Numbered from the stretch's first letter, positions 38,944 through 50,571 are shown. The stretch: 64,000 bases of DNA from Neoconidiobolus thromboides FSU 785 (GCA_025603075.1 MU626300.1:64690-128689); one strand, 5' to 3'. The notes: generated from the letters alone by a model not told the origin. A program made the numbers and translations.

Positions 38944-39442
38944 ATTTGTTGTCTATAATACTAAAAAAAATGAATGCTTATGACTCATATATAATATAAT
39001 ATGAATGAATAATAAGTTAAAAGTTTGAAGAGTTAAGTCAATATTTAAGTTATAAACTCAAGGCTCAAATTTTTTGTCCAATATTGATTTTTAGCAAAAA
39101 TTGTGAATCAGGCACAAAATCTATAAAAATAGTTCCTTTTGCTTAATTTTAAAATGACTCAAACATGTACAGTTTTTGTTCAATGTCTATTTAATATTTC
39201 TTTTAATATTTTACGCTATATAGAAAATGTACAAAGAAGAGAAATTAGAAACTTCTATTTTTAATTTTAACCAGACTTTTAAACTTCCTATTTACTGTTT
39301 ATGTTTACCATCTAAAAATTTAAAAAACCATTTATCAAACTCAAAACTCAAACCCAACCAATCAAACTCCTATGATGACATTTATGACAAGAAAAATCTT
39401 GTCAAAACCGAAACTCTAAGTCCTTATCTTTTATCAAAAAAA

Positions 39443-41386
39443 ATGAGTAAAGTCAGCAGTGTATTAACCAGTAGCTTATATGAAAAGCATACCAAAGGCT
39501 TTTTAAAATTTATCAATGCTTCGCCCAGTCCATTCCATGCAGTAAAAAATATAAAAGAAAGATTACATGAGAATGGATTTTTGGAATTAAAAGAAAGGGA
39601 TAGTTGGAATGGTAAACTGGAAAAAAATGGTAAATATTATTTTACTAGGAATCAATCAACTATTGTTGCTTTTGCTGTTGGAGAGAAATTTGTAAGTTTA
39701 GATATATTGTCTTTGTTAGTTGCTGATGATTAAATAAAAATATAGGAGCCTGGAAATGGATTTTCAATGGTAGCTGCTCATACCGATTCTCCTTGTCTTA
39801 AGGTAAATTTTCTTATTTTTAAAATAAAATAAAAATTCACTACAACATTTAGGTGAAACCAATCTCTAAGAAAGAAAAGGTTGGATATCTTCAAGTTGGT
39901 GTTCAATTATATGGTGGCGGTTTATGGTATTTATATTAATTAAATATTGATTTATTAAACAACTAATATAATTAAAAGGCATACTTGGTTTGATCGTGAT
40001 TTAGGTTTGGCTGGTAGAGTAGTTACTCAAAATAAAGACGGAGGTTTACAATCTCATCTTGTTCATATTAAACGGTATTTATTGAATAATGATCTTTACT
40101 ATAATTATAATAGCTAACTTTTATTATTTAGTCCAATTTTACGTGTACCAACATTAGCCATTCATTTAGATCGTGGTGTCAATGAAAAATTAGAATTTAA
40201 TAAAGAAGACAAATTATTGCCTGTTTTAGCTACTGTTAATGAAAGGTAACTAAATACTTAAAAATGTAAATTAGTTAATTAATTGAATTAATTTAGATTA
40301 AATTCAGAACCCTCAAGTTCAACTTCTCATCATCCAGAGTTATTAAGTTTATTATCTCAAGAATTAAGTGTAGAAGGTAATTAATATATAATAGCATAAT
40401 AGTATAACAATTGAAATTCTTTTTGCATAGCTGAAAGTATTCTCGATATCGAGTTATGTTTATTTGATACTCAAGAATCATGTACCGGTGGCATCAATAA
40501 TGAATTTATATTTTCTGCCAGATTAGATAATTTAATGATGAGTTATACTACAGTTGAAGGTTTGATAGATTCCTTGGATAAACATCCATTAAATGAAGAT
40601 CCAAATGTACGTTTAATGTGCTTATATGATAATGAAGAAGTTGGTTCTGCTTCTGCTTATGGAGCTGATTCTTTGTTAACTGAGTCTACTATGCGTCGTA
40701 TTCAAGCTGCTGTTTCCAAAGATGCTCATACTGTAAGTTTTTTTATGATTTTTGTAATGTAAAATATTAAATCTGTAACAGACTGCTTTCGAAGAAGGCA
40801 TTGCTAAAAGTTATCTAATTTCGGCTGATATGGCCCATGCTATCCATCCTAATTATAGGTAATTTATAGTTATAAAGTATCTTAAAGTGATGAAACAAAA
40901 ATAATTTTACTTTTAATTAGTGATAAACATGAAAGTAACCATCAACCCAAGATCCATGGTGGTGTTGTAATTAAACATAATGCCAATCAACGTTATGCTA
41001 CTACATCAGCTACATCAGCTATCCTTAAACATATTGCCGAACGTTTAAGTCTTCCATTACAAGAATTTGTAGTACGTAATGATTGTGCCTGCGGTTCTAC
41101 TATTGGCCCTATCCTTTCTTCTAAGCTTGGTTTACAAACTATTGGTAAAGGATTTAAGAGTTAGCTAATTTTAATATAGTAATTAATGAATTGTTTTATA
41201 GATATTGGATGTCCTCAACTTTCTATGCATTCTATTCGTGAAATGGCTGGTGTTCAAGATCTTGCTCATGCTATTAAATTGTTTGAGGTAAAAGTATTGT
41301 TTTCTTCATAGTCGTTGTTTTTAATTTCATTGTAGGAATTTTATGGTTGTTTCCCAAGAGTATTAAGTAAATTTCAAGTAGATTAA
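39443..41386 (+). CDS. APE4: M18 aspartyl aminopeptidase (Ape4/DNPEP-like), about 10 exons; upstream in-frame ATG at 39227 possible
   Basis: Across short GT-AG introns: ASPSPFHAV, AHTDSP, GGGLWHTWFDRDL, RLDNL, DNEEVGS, SADMAHAIHPNY, NQRYAT, CGSTIGP, PQLSMHSIRE. Confidence 0.92.
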
Positions 41387-42187
41387 AAAAACAATCAATT
41401 AATTAAAACCTTGTGTCTGGGATTATTTTTATTATTTAATATCTAATTGAATATATTGGCAGTTATATTATTATGATTAACTTTTTTAATATAATGATTA
41501 ATATATAGCACAAAACTTAAAGGTCAAATTATACTTTTTATTATATGCATATTTTAATCTAAATTAACATTTTAAATATTTCATAATTACATATTAATAT
41601 TAATAGTATTTAAAGTTTATAGACTACTAGTAAAACCATTAACTGTAATAAAGTTGGCTATGAAAATTGAATCCAATGGAAACGTGCTACTACTTCGTTA
41701 AACTTATAAACTTAATGGGATTTATAAAGTTAAACAATATTGAAAAGAAATTAAGAATGTTTAGTTAAAAGTTGAAAATAAAATAAAATATACTTATCAT
41801 AAGATTGTTACCTGAATTCACCTTCTTTATAAGACAAAGAATCAGGTATTAAATATTAAAAGAAAAGCAGATAAGAACATTATCACTTTGTAAAAAAGCA
41901 AAAAAAATCAAAATGATGTCTACTGATTGATTGCATTTCTTATAACAGTTACTTAGGCAGTTTTAAATGATTATTATTGCAAACAAAATACTTGGAGTTT
42001 AGTCTCTATTAAGAGAATAAAGAAGTCCTACGTCTTCTTAGTATTTGACTTTAATCTTATAATCAAATATAAAGCAAGGCTCAAACAAATGAATGGATAA
42101 ACTTGATTATAAGACATCTAGGACTTAAATAAATAATAGTATATAAACTATACTTAATTTTCAAATCTTAATATCTACAAAATGTAT

Positions 42188-42287
42188 GGGGATATATTTT
42201 TGTATTTAAGAATTTTACTAACAATTTTTCCACTCAAATAGTGCTTAAAAGATGGAAAAAGTAATGAAGCCAAAAAAAAACATTCAC
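42188..42287 (+). mobile_element. MITE family copy 13
   Basis: GGGGATAT..ACATTCAC ends, direct-repeat flanks GTAT/GTAT. Confidence 0.9.
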
Positions 42288-42360
42288 GTATAATAGTAGT
42301 AATTCAATATTCCTTAAAACAATAATTTAAATATAAATCCTTTATTAAAATGAAGCATGT

Positions 42361-42582
42361 TTAATAGTAAGGAGCAATAGTAGGACAAGTTCCTTGTACA
42401 GTTTTGGTAACATAAGTGGTGGCAGTTTTAGTGACTACTTCGGTAATATCTTTGCAAGTATTTCCAGAGCCTCCGGAGCCTCCAGGACTTCCAGGACTTC
42501 CAGAACTTCCAGAACTTCCAGAACCATAGGTCTGGGAAAGAGTAGAGGTAGCAAATAATACAACAATAGCTAAAAGTTTCAT
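42361..42582 (-). CDS. Small secreted Gly/Ser-rich, Thr-rich protein A (73 aa from ATG 42582)
   Basis: MKLLAIVVLFATSTLS signal; GSS/GSP 9-nt repeats; C-x22-CP module; ends TCPTIAPYY; TATATAAA about 60 bp upstream. Confidence 0.75.
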   Translation of the reverse strand: MKLLAIVVLFATSTLSQTYGSGSSGSSGSPGSPGGSGGSGNTCKDITEVVTKTATTYVTKTVQGTCPTIAPYY

Positions 42583-43443
42583 TTTGATTTCGATGATTTT
42601 GTTTGTGTTTTTTAATAATTTCAACCCTTCAAGTTTGATAGTTTATATACACTTCAGATGCCTAGACACCTACATAAAAGAAAAACATTACGAACCTTAA
42701 GCCTTTGTTTAGAACATGAACTATTTTTATAACTCATTTTAAAATAATGTGTCAAGATGATATAGTTGATTCTGTTGATAAACTTAAATTATTTATCTAA
42801 AGTATTATCATTCTTTATTTAATTCTTAAAAGGATCAATGCTCCCATTATTTTATTTACAGAATATTATTACCTTGTAACCAAGTTTTAGTAGCTTATTT
42901 TCGATCCATTCATTTTTTGAAAAGAGCTGTTTTTAAAATAATCTCCCTTTCTTAGGCAAGAAAAAATAAAAAGGTTATTGCCTACAACAGTAAATATATT
43001 TTATGCCTAAAAACAAAATACTTTTCATGTAAAAAAATCAATTGTGGCAATTTCATACCCTCATGAATATAAATCAAATCATCTAAAAACAAGATTATTT
43101 TAGAAACAACCTTGAATTTATTTTATTACCATTTAAACATTATTTGAATCAATGACACCAAAAAATGTGACGGCTTTTTTTAAGGTTGAAATTAAAAATT
43201 AGAGTTTAGCTAGAAAATAAGTTTAAAACTTAGAAGAGATAAACTAAATCAATTCTATTCAAGCAGTAGGATGATTATATGATATAAAACATCATTAAGC
43301 TACTTCCTCGAGGTCAATTTCAATTAAAAATAGATTCCTTTAAAAGCCCATATTTTTATGTATCTTTTCTTCTAGACCCGTCCTCTATCCAGGCTATAAA
43401 AAAGAACATGGCCAACCCTAATCTTTTATATTAAAAACAAAAA
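42583..43443. promoter_or_regulatory. Putative bidirectional promoter of the two secreted Gly-rich genes
   Basis: Head-to-head ATGs; TATA-like TATATAAA on minus (~42642-42649) and CTATAAAA on plus (~43395-43402), each 40-60 bp from its ATG. Confidence 0.5.
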
Positions 43444-43878
43444 ATGAAATTTATAGTATTTAACTCGATAGTACTCTTTTTTTTAGCTATTAACGCTATA
43501 TATCAAAATGATTATACTAGTGTTAGTAGCTATGGCGGAAGTTCTGGTGGAGGTAGTAATGGAAGCTATGGAGGAGGTAGTAGCGGCAGTAATGGTGGAA
43601 GCAACAATGGTGGTAATGGTGGCGGTAATAGTGGAGGTAATGGTGAAGGTAATAGTGGAGGTAATGGTGGAGGTAATAGTGGAGGTAATGTATGTAACCC
43701 AAAAACAACCACTAAAACTTCGACTGTAATTATGACTTCAACTGCCACGGTAACCAATAAACCTACCAATTGTCCTACTCCTTGTGCTCCTAAAACTATC
43801 ATTTCTACTAAGATTGTTACTTCTGCCAGTACCAAGACTGTAACCGTTAAACCTTATTGTCCTATTTCTTATTATTAA
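43444..43878 (+). CDS. Secreted Gly/Asn-rich, Thr-rich protein B (144 aa)
   Basis: Signal peptide; GGNSGGNG repeats; two C-x24/25-CP Thr-rich modules; ends YCPISYY. Confidence 0.8.
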   Translation: MKFIVFNSIVLFFLAINAIYQNDYTSVSSYGGSSGGGSNGSYGGGSSGSNGGSNNGGNGGGNSGGNGEGNSGGNGGGNSGGNVCNPKTTTKTSTVIMTSTATVTNKPTNCPTPCAPKTIISTKIVTSASTKTVTVKPYCPISYY

Positions 43879-43982
43879 AATTGGTTTAACAAGCTTATTT
43901 ATAAACAAATATCTATTTTATAACTTAACTTTAAATTTGTTTTTAGAACTCAAAATTCAATCAAAATAACTAAGTTCTATAT

Positions 43983-44055
43983 AGAGATGTTTTTTTGGCT
44001 TCATTATTTTTTCTATTTTTCAAGCACTATCTGACAGGAAATCTTGTTAGTAAAA
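43983..44055 (-). mobile_element. MITE family copy 14 (truncated, one end missing)
   Basis: ATAT + AGAGATGTTTTTTTGGCTTCATT..AAGCACTAT..TTAGTAAAA, then similarity stops. Confidence 0.75.
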
Positions 44056-45172
44056 ATAACTATCTTTAAATAGTCTTAAAGATAGAAAAATAATTAAAGT
44101 TGAAGCTTAATAAGTTTTTGTACAAGTTTAAACTAATATAAAAATTATAAAATTATTTATAAAATTATTTATATTTTTGATTCATGCATAATTAATTTAA
44201 AATTATTTCAATTAAATTTACTATAAGGTTTTTCACTTTTTAATTGGAAAAAACATTACTTTTATATTTGATATTTATACTTAATAGTTATAATAAATAA
44301 TAAATATTGTTATTATATTTTTTATATCAAGTAGTTTAGTATAAAATATTAAAAAAACTTTTTAATATTATAACTCCTCCTTTTAAATTTTACCATATTT
44401 AGTATAAAAAACTTATTTTTTTGAATATTGAATTTTATATTGTTATTATTTAAGTTAAATTAAAACTAAATACTTAATTTAAAACTATATAATAATTTAC
44501 TAATATTATAATTTTATTAAAACTAAAAATTTTGAGCTTAAAATTTAAATATAGTAAAAAGCAAAAAATTATATAGAGCTGTTGAAATTCAATTATGTAA
44601 AAGCTAGCTGTTTATTTTAAAAATAAGAGATTAAACATTATTGAACACCATAACAGTAAAATAAAACTACAAAAATTATCCCTAATCAATGCATAATTAA
44701 ATTCAATAGTTGTAATTCAAAGTTGCAAAAAGCCATTATTAGAAAACCTTGTAACATTTTTTTTGGTTGAATTTTGATTCAATTAAACTTATTTTTAAAT
44801 TCTCCTGGTAATAAAAAAGCTTAAAGATATTTATAAAAACAAAGTATCACTTTATAAAAGATATGCTAAAACTATTGTTGACAGTTTAGTAGAATATTAT
44901 CAACATACCACTTAATTATAGATGATTCTACACTATTCCAGTGAAATTGAATGACGTTGGATTTTATTTTGTACAACTTGAAATTAAAGCGAATATTAAT
45001 TTTATTGGTTGATACTGATATCATGATTTGAGTTTTCCTAGAATCTCAAATGAATTAAATTGCAATTTCAAGCATGACCTTTTATAAAGCTACCTTAATA
45101 ATATAAAAGTAATAAGAAAGTATAATAAATAAAAATAAGAACAAGATTTAATTCAAAAAGTTAAAATAAACA

Positions 45173-46183
45173 ATGTCCACCGAAAACAATGAATATAAAT
45201 TAGTCGTTGCAACTAAAGAACAACAATTAAAATGTTGGAAAACAATTGGACCTTATTGGGGTAAAGGTATTAATGAGAGTGAATTCATAGCTAGAGAAAC
45301 ATTATTAACTGGAGGTGCCTTTGGAAAAGAAAATTTGACTCAATGGGTCTTGATTGATAGTAATGATAAGATGCTAACCTTTTGTGAAAGTTATCAACGT
45401 AATGCTATTTATAAGAATGAAAATGAAATAGAGAAAAGAAAAGTTTATAGTATTTGTTCGGTATTTACACCTGAAGAATATCGAGGAAATGGTTATGCTT
45501 CAAAAATGTTTCAATTATTAGTAAATGAATTGGATAAAAACGATACTTTATGCTCTGTACTTTATTCAGATGTAGGTCAATTTTATGAACGTTTTGGGTA
45601 TAAAGAATATGATCCCTATCATTTAGAGTTAGATTCTAATGTTGATAATCTTCAATTAGATGAAAACATTCACTATTTAACAGAAGGTGAGATTAAAAAA
45701 ATAAGTGAGTTAGATCTTCAGTTAATTGAAAGAGAATTAAAAGAAAGTGAAGAGAAATCAATTATGGTAATTGAACCAAATTTTGATTGTTATGAATGGC
45801 ATTTTACTCGAAGTCGATATTATGCTAATTACAAAAAGAAAGAAATACCTACTATTTTTGGTTCGATTTATCAAGGTGAAGAACTGGAATTTTTAATATG
45901 GACTTATGATTTTAATGAGAATGAATTAGTCATTTTAAGACATAGAATTCAAAATCATGGGGATGAATTATTAAACTCTGCTTTGTTAAAGTTAAAAGAG
46001 ATGAAGTTCACTAAAATTGTTGCTTGGAATTTATATAAAAAAGATGTTGGGGAGTATTTTAATGATAAAGTTGTTATTGTTAAAAGAGATGTAGATTCTT
46101 TACCTTATGCTACTTTTCCTCAATTAAAAAATCAAAAGGATTATCCTCATTGGTGGTATATTCAAAAATATAATTGGGTTTAA
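45173..46183 (+). CDS. GNAT acetyltransferase, LYC1-like, paralog 2
   Basis: ICSVFTPEEYRGNGYAS; SVLYSDVGQFYERFGY; FLIWTYDF; VAWN; SLPY. Confidence 0.82.
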   Translation: MSTENNEYKLVVATKEQQLKCWKTIGPYWGKGINESEFIARETLLTGGAFGKENLTQWVLIDSNDKMLTFCESYQRNAIYKNENEIEKRKVYSICSVFTPEEYRGNGYASKMFQLLVNELDKNDTLCSVLYSDVGQFYERFGYKEYDPYHLELDSNVDNLQLDENIHYLTEGEIKKISELDLQLIERELKESEEKSIMVIEPNFDCYEWHFTRSRYYANYKKKEIPTIFGSIYQGEELEFLIWTYDFNENELVILRHRIQNHGDELLNSALLKLKEMKFTKIVAWNLYKKDVGEYFNDKVVIVKRDVDSLPYATFPQLKNQKDYPHWWYIQKYNWV

Positions 46184-46236
46184 ATAAAAAATTAAAGTTA
46201 TATAATATAATTTATTAATAATATTATTAAATTGAG

Positions 46237-46272
46237 TTTAATTTTAATTTTAATTTTAATTTTAATTTTAAT
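46237..46272. repeat. (TTTAAT)6 microsatellite
   Basis: Read directly; about 55 bp past the GNAT paralog 2 stop. Confidence 0.7.
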
Positions 46273-46761
46273 TAATTATAGAATAAATTTATTTATTCTG
46301 TAAGAATTTTCAATTAAAATGACATTGTTTTTAAATGTTAGTTCTATAATTCTAGTTTCAAACCTTTTAATTTTATTATCAAATTTTATGATTATTTTAA
46401 ATAATAATAAAATAAGACAAATTAGTAATATTTATCAAAATTTTATTATAATTATTTAATTATTATTCTAACATCTTTTTTTCTATTAATTAAATCATAG
46501 TTTTTGAGATAAGGAATTAGAGATCAACTGATTTTTATTTAAACTAATATAAATTCTTGAAAACTTATCAATAAATATTAAATTTATTAATAAAATTATT
46601 AAAAAAGTGACGGGGATTTTTATGAAACGTAAGTCGGATGATTGGTTTAACTCTAAGTATAAAAAAAGTTAACAACGCCACTTTAGAGGTTTATTTTTTT
46701 ATCTTTTTTATCTCAATTTACTCCAATTTATTTCAATTTATTTATTTTCAATTTCTATTTC

Positions 46762-47281
46762 ATGGGGATTTTACATATCAGTTATCTTTGTGGAAGCTCT
46801 ACTTATGGTTGCAGTAATTGTGATACTCCACTTTTTACAAAAGATAACATATTAAATGAAGTAAATTTTATATTATTATTTTGTTTTGTTTTATTTTATT
46901 TTATTTAACTTATTATTTAGTCATTTAATAAAAAAAGTCAACCTCAACTAATTAATAAAATGTAAGATAAATAATGTTTGATTATAATAAAATAAAAATT
47001 AATAATTTATTCTCTTTTAGTTATAATATAACAGAAGGAAATATTGAATTAAGACCAATGGTTAGTGGTATTCATAAAGTAGTCGATTTATATTGTATTT
47101 ATTGTGATAATTTATTAGGTTGGAAATATGTAATATTTTATTTTATTGACTGTTTTTTAATAATATTCAACAATGTTTAATAATATTTTTGTTTACTTAT
47201 TAGGTTCATGCATTTGATTATAATCAAAAATATAAAGAAGGAAAATATTATGTAATTGTGGAGAAAATTCAATGTGTTTAA
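46762..47281 (+). CDS. Yippee/YPEL (Moh1-like) zinc-binding protein, 4 exons
   Basis: Spliced MGILHISYL..YGCSNCDTPL..NITEG..RPMVSGIHKVVDLYCIYCDNLLGWKYVHAF..QKYKEGKY; two CxxC pairs. Confidence 0.88.
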
Positions 47282-48189
47282 TATATTAAATCAATTTTAT
47301 TTTTACTTTTTAATTATAAATGAAAACTATTCTTGTTAGAAAAAATGTTGGAGTTATTTATTTTATTATGAAATCATATTAAATTACTTTCAATTATCCT
47401 TCTTGGGATCTTTTTACATTGTTATTATGTTATTATGCTATTAAATAAACCTTGTCTTAAGCAAATAAGTTTCATAAAAAAATTCCATAAAATATATATT
47501 AATTCACATACTATATATTGTCCTTTTAATTTTGATTTAAAAATTATACTAAATAATCAAGAAGTGCTTTTACAAGCTAAATAACATTAGAAACTTAATA
47601 AGTGATATTAAATTCTTAAAAAGGTAATCTCTTTCTAAATAGTTGCCAGTATACTTTAAACTTCAAATATTAAGAGGTAGTGATTAGTCAAGTACTTAGT
47701 TTTTTTTGAATAGTATAAATTTTTGAAAGTAAATTACTAATTAATTTTAGTAAAATAAGAATCTACTACTGCTTTAATCATACCCTCAATGTTTTTTAAC
47801 ATAACATTTAATTCTGTTTTTTTTGGTTGGAATTTAATTTAATGTAAAACTAAATCTACTTTTTAAAATGAAAACCAAGTGTGTCTGTCTGATTGTTGTC
47901 ATCCATTGAACTTTATATTGATATTACTCCTTAATAACAAAAATTATTTGATTACTTCTATTTGTCAGATTGATTATCCACCTTTAAATTACTAATAAAC
48001 AAAATCAACAGTTCATTTTTATTACCTTTTAAAGTAAATAGAAAGTAACTAATATTTATATTATAAAGGATAGCACTTAAAGAAGATTAAAAAATTCTAA
48101 ATCAATTTTTAAATCTGTTTATAGTCAATCTTATTCCATTTAGCTAAATCTATCCGCTTACTTTTGTGTCGCTTAAAATTTCACTAAAT

Positions 48190-48286
48190 GAGGCTGTATT
48201 TTTATGTTAAGAATTTTACTAACAATTTTTCTGCTCAAATAACACTTAAAGGATAGAAAAAGTGACAAGGCCAAAAAAATACCCTC
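48190..48286 (+). mobile_element. MITE family copy 15
   Basis: GAGGCTGT..ATACCCTC ends, diverged core, flanks AAAT/ATTT. Confidence 0.82.
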
Positions 48287-48311
48287 ATTTAATGTAAGAT
48301 TAACTCTATAT

Positions 48312-48411
48312 GGGAATGTATTTTTTATATTTAAGAATTTTACTAGCAAATTTTCCACTTAGATAGTGCTTAAAAAATGGAAAAAGTAATGAAGTCAAAA
48401 AAAACATCCCC
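48312..48411 (+). mobile_element. MITE family copy 16
   Basis: GGGAATGT..ACATCCCC ends, flanks ATAT/ATGT. Confidence 0.9.
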
Positions 48412-48796
48412 ATGTTTTGATGTTACTTTATTAAATTAATAAAATTCAACTTTTATCTTATTATAGTTTATAATTTTGAGTAAATGTTGACATTTAATTT
48501 TGTTATTTTCAACTTCAAAAGAAAAAAGTTATATAATTAATCTATTTTATATTTTATAATCATCATTACCAATAGAAAGATTTGGATTAATAAACAGTAA
48601 ACAAGAAATAGATAAACAAAAATCATCAAGTATTCAAATAATAACTTTTATTTTATTTAATTAACTTAATTTAACAAACGATTCGTTTTAAGAGCATTTC
48701 TTTCACTTTAAATTCTATTTAGTTTTTAATAATTTAAAATATTCTTGTCTTTTACCTTATAATAAATACTGTATACTTAATTCCAAGAAACTTGAC

Positions 48797-50571
48797 TTAT
48801 TTTTTAATTATTGGATCTAGTTGATCTAAAATAGAATTATCTATATCAAAATCCTCATCGGAATCTAGCTCGATTCTGATAGTAGAAGGTATACGTGGTA
48901 ATAAATTACTATTATTATTAATATCTATATTGATTATAGAAGGTGTATTATTTAATAAACTGTTTTCTTTACTATTATTAATACTGTTACTATTTAATTC
49001 CATTCTTACAGTAGATGAAGTATCTTGTAATGAACTAGTATTATTACTTAAATTACTATTATTTTTATTCAATTGATTTAAGCTATTATTATTATTATTA
49101 TTATCTATAATAGAATCTCTGATTTCAATAATTTCATTCTTAGTTGGATTCATTTGAACAATGGGTAAATCATTTTTAGTTAAATCTACTGCAATTTTTG
49201 GTTTTTTTATAAATTCAGGTTGAGATCCACATTTGATTATACTATTAGGTATAAACACATCTGAGTCATCACTCGATATTAATAATATACTACTTTCTAT
49301 TAAATATATTAATTTAATTTTATTACTCTATTATTATGATTATTAATCAACTTACCATCCATCGCCTGATTTTTATTTACATTATCTTAAAATAAAAATA
49401 ATTAAAACACAATAAATAGTTAGTAATAAATACTTACTATTCTTTATTCCATTATTATTGTCTATTATCCTTATATCACTTTCATCAATATCAATACTTT
49501 TAAGTGGAGCATTAATAATCAAATTCGATTTACTTCTTTTCTCTCCTTGTTTTTTAGCTTTATATTCTTGATCTAATTTATCAAAGAATTCAGGATCCAA
49601 ATCATCACTACTTAAAGATAAATCTATATTATTGCTGTTATTCGCTATTAATATTTGATTATTCATTTGGTTCTTCCGATCTCCCTGAAAATGATTCTTC
49701 TGTTGATGATGATTATTATCATTACATATTTGTTGTCCGTTCCTACTATTATTCACTGCTTGTCTATTAATTATAATATTCTGTAAGCTATCTCCACTAG
49801 TATTAAATTGGTGGTTCTTATTCACATTAACCTTTCTTTGATTTCTGCTAAAATCATTCCCTTGTTCTCCACTTTTCTTCAATCTATCTTCAACAATTTT
49901 TCTTAATTCCATTTCCAATCTCCCCTTTAAACTAATTTGATTAAATTCCTCCACCCATCCCCCTAACAATGTAAAATTTTCTGGTTTTAACATTAAACAT
50001 CCTCTTTGTACTACTACTTCTTTTAGTAATATCTAACAAATTAATTTAATTATTTACTCGTTCTAAATTTCGATGCTAAATTCCTTACCTTTGCTCCCAA
50101 TAGTGTATCTGTGGAAATAGCCTTAATTGGTTTATATTCCAATGCATATAATTCATGAATTCCATCCGATAATACTAATTTTAATGTTCTTATTGATTTA
50201 ATATTTCTATTCATTCCAACTTTACCCTTCCCTTTCTCAAAATTACTACCCTCTTCCTCCTCCATTTCCATACCATTAATAACATCCAATTGTTTCATCT
50301 TACTTTTACTTATATCCATTATATCCTTTATTTGAAATACTCTACAATCTTTAAATAATATATCCGATTTAATTTTGCCTATTAATTTAGTTCCCCATCG
50401 TTTTAAAAATTCAGTATCTAAAGGTAATGTTGTAACTTTTAAATCCGAATTTAAAAATTGTTGATAAATGGTATTTTGATTTAAATTCAAACTAAGTTGA
50501 TAAGATAACCAAGTGGGCTGTAAATTAATACCGGAAGTTTGGAATTCTTGTTGTACTTCTTCGAAACTCAT
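48797..50571 (-). CDS. RMI1: RMI1 (RecQ-mediated genome instability 1) N-terminal OB fold with long Asn-rich acidic tail, 4 exons
   Basis: QFLNSDL; RTLKLVLSDG..YALEYKPI..LLGAK joined across an intron to ILLKEVVVQRGCLMLKPENFTLLGGWVE, the RMI1/TDRD3-type OB signature. No UBA or Tudor domain seen, which favours RMI1. Confidence 0.82.

Noticed and set aside
172-43835. ORFs 172-399, 10216-10566, 10633-10866, 10795-11061, 11915-12274, 12124-12330, 18975-19166, 25016-25234, 31704-31979, 31759-31947, 36080-36310, 43508-43729, 43523-43708 and 43566-43835
   Set aside because: Antisense or alternate-frame shadows of real genes, mostly over repetitive codon runs. Part of 10216-10566 is a true BAR-SH3 exon.
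42188-44055. MITE copies 13 and 14 flanking the secreted gene pair as a composite transposon
   Set aside because: Copy 14 lacks its outer end, copy 13 has its own TSD, and at about one copy per 3 kb such flanking is expected by chance.
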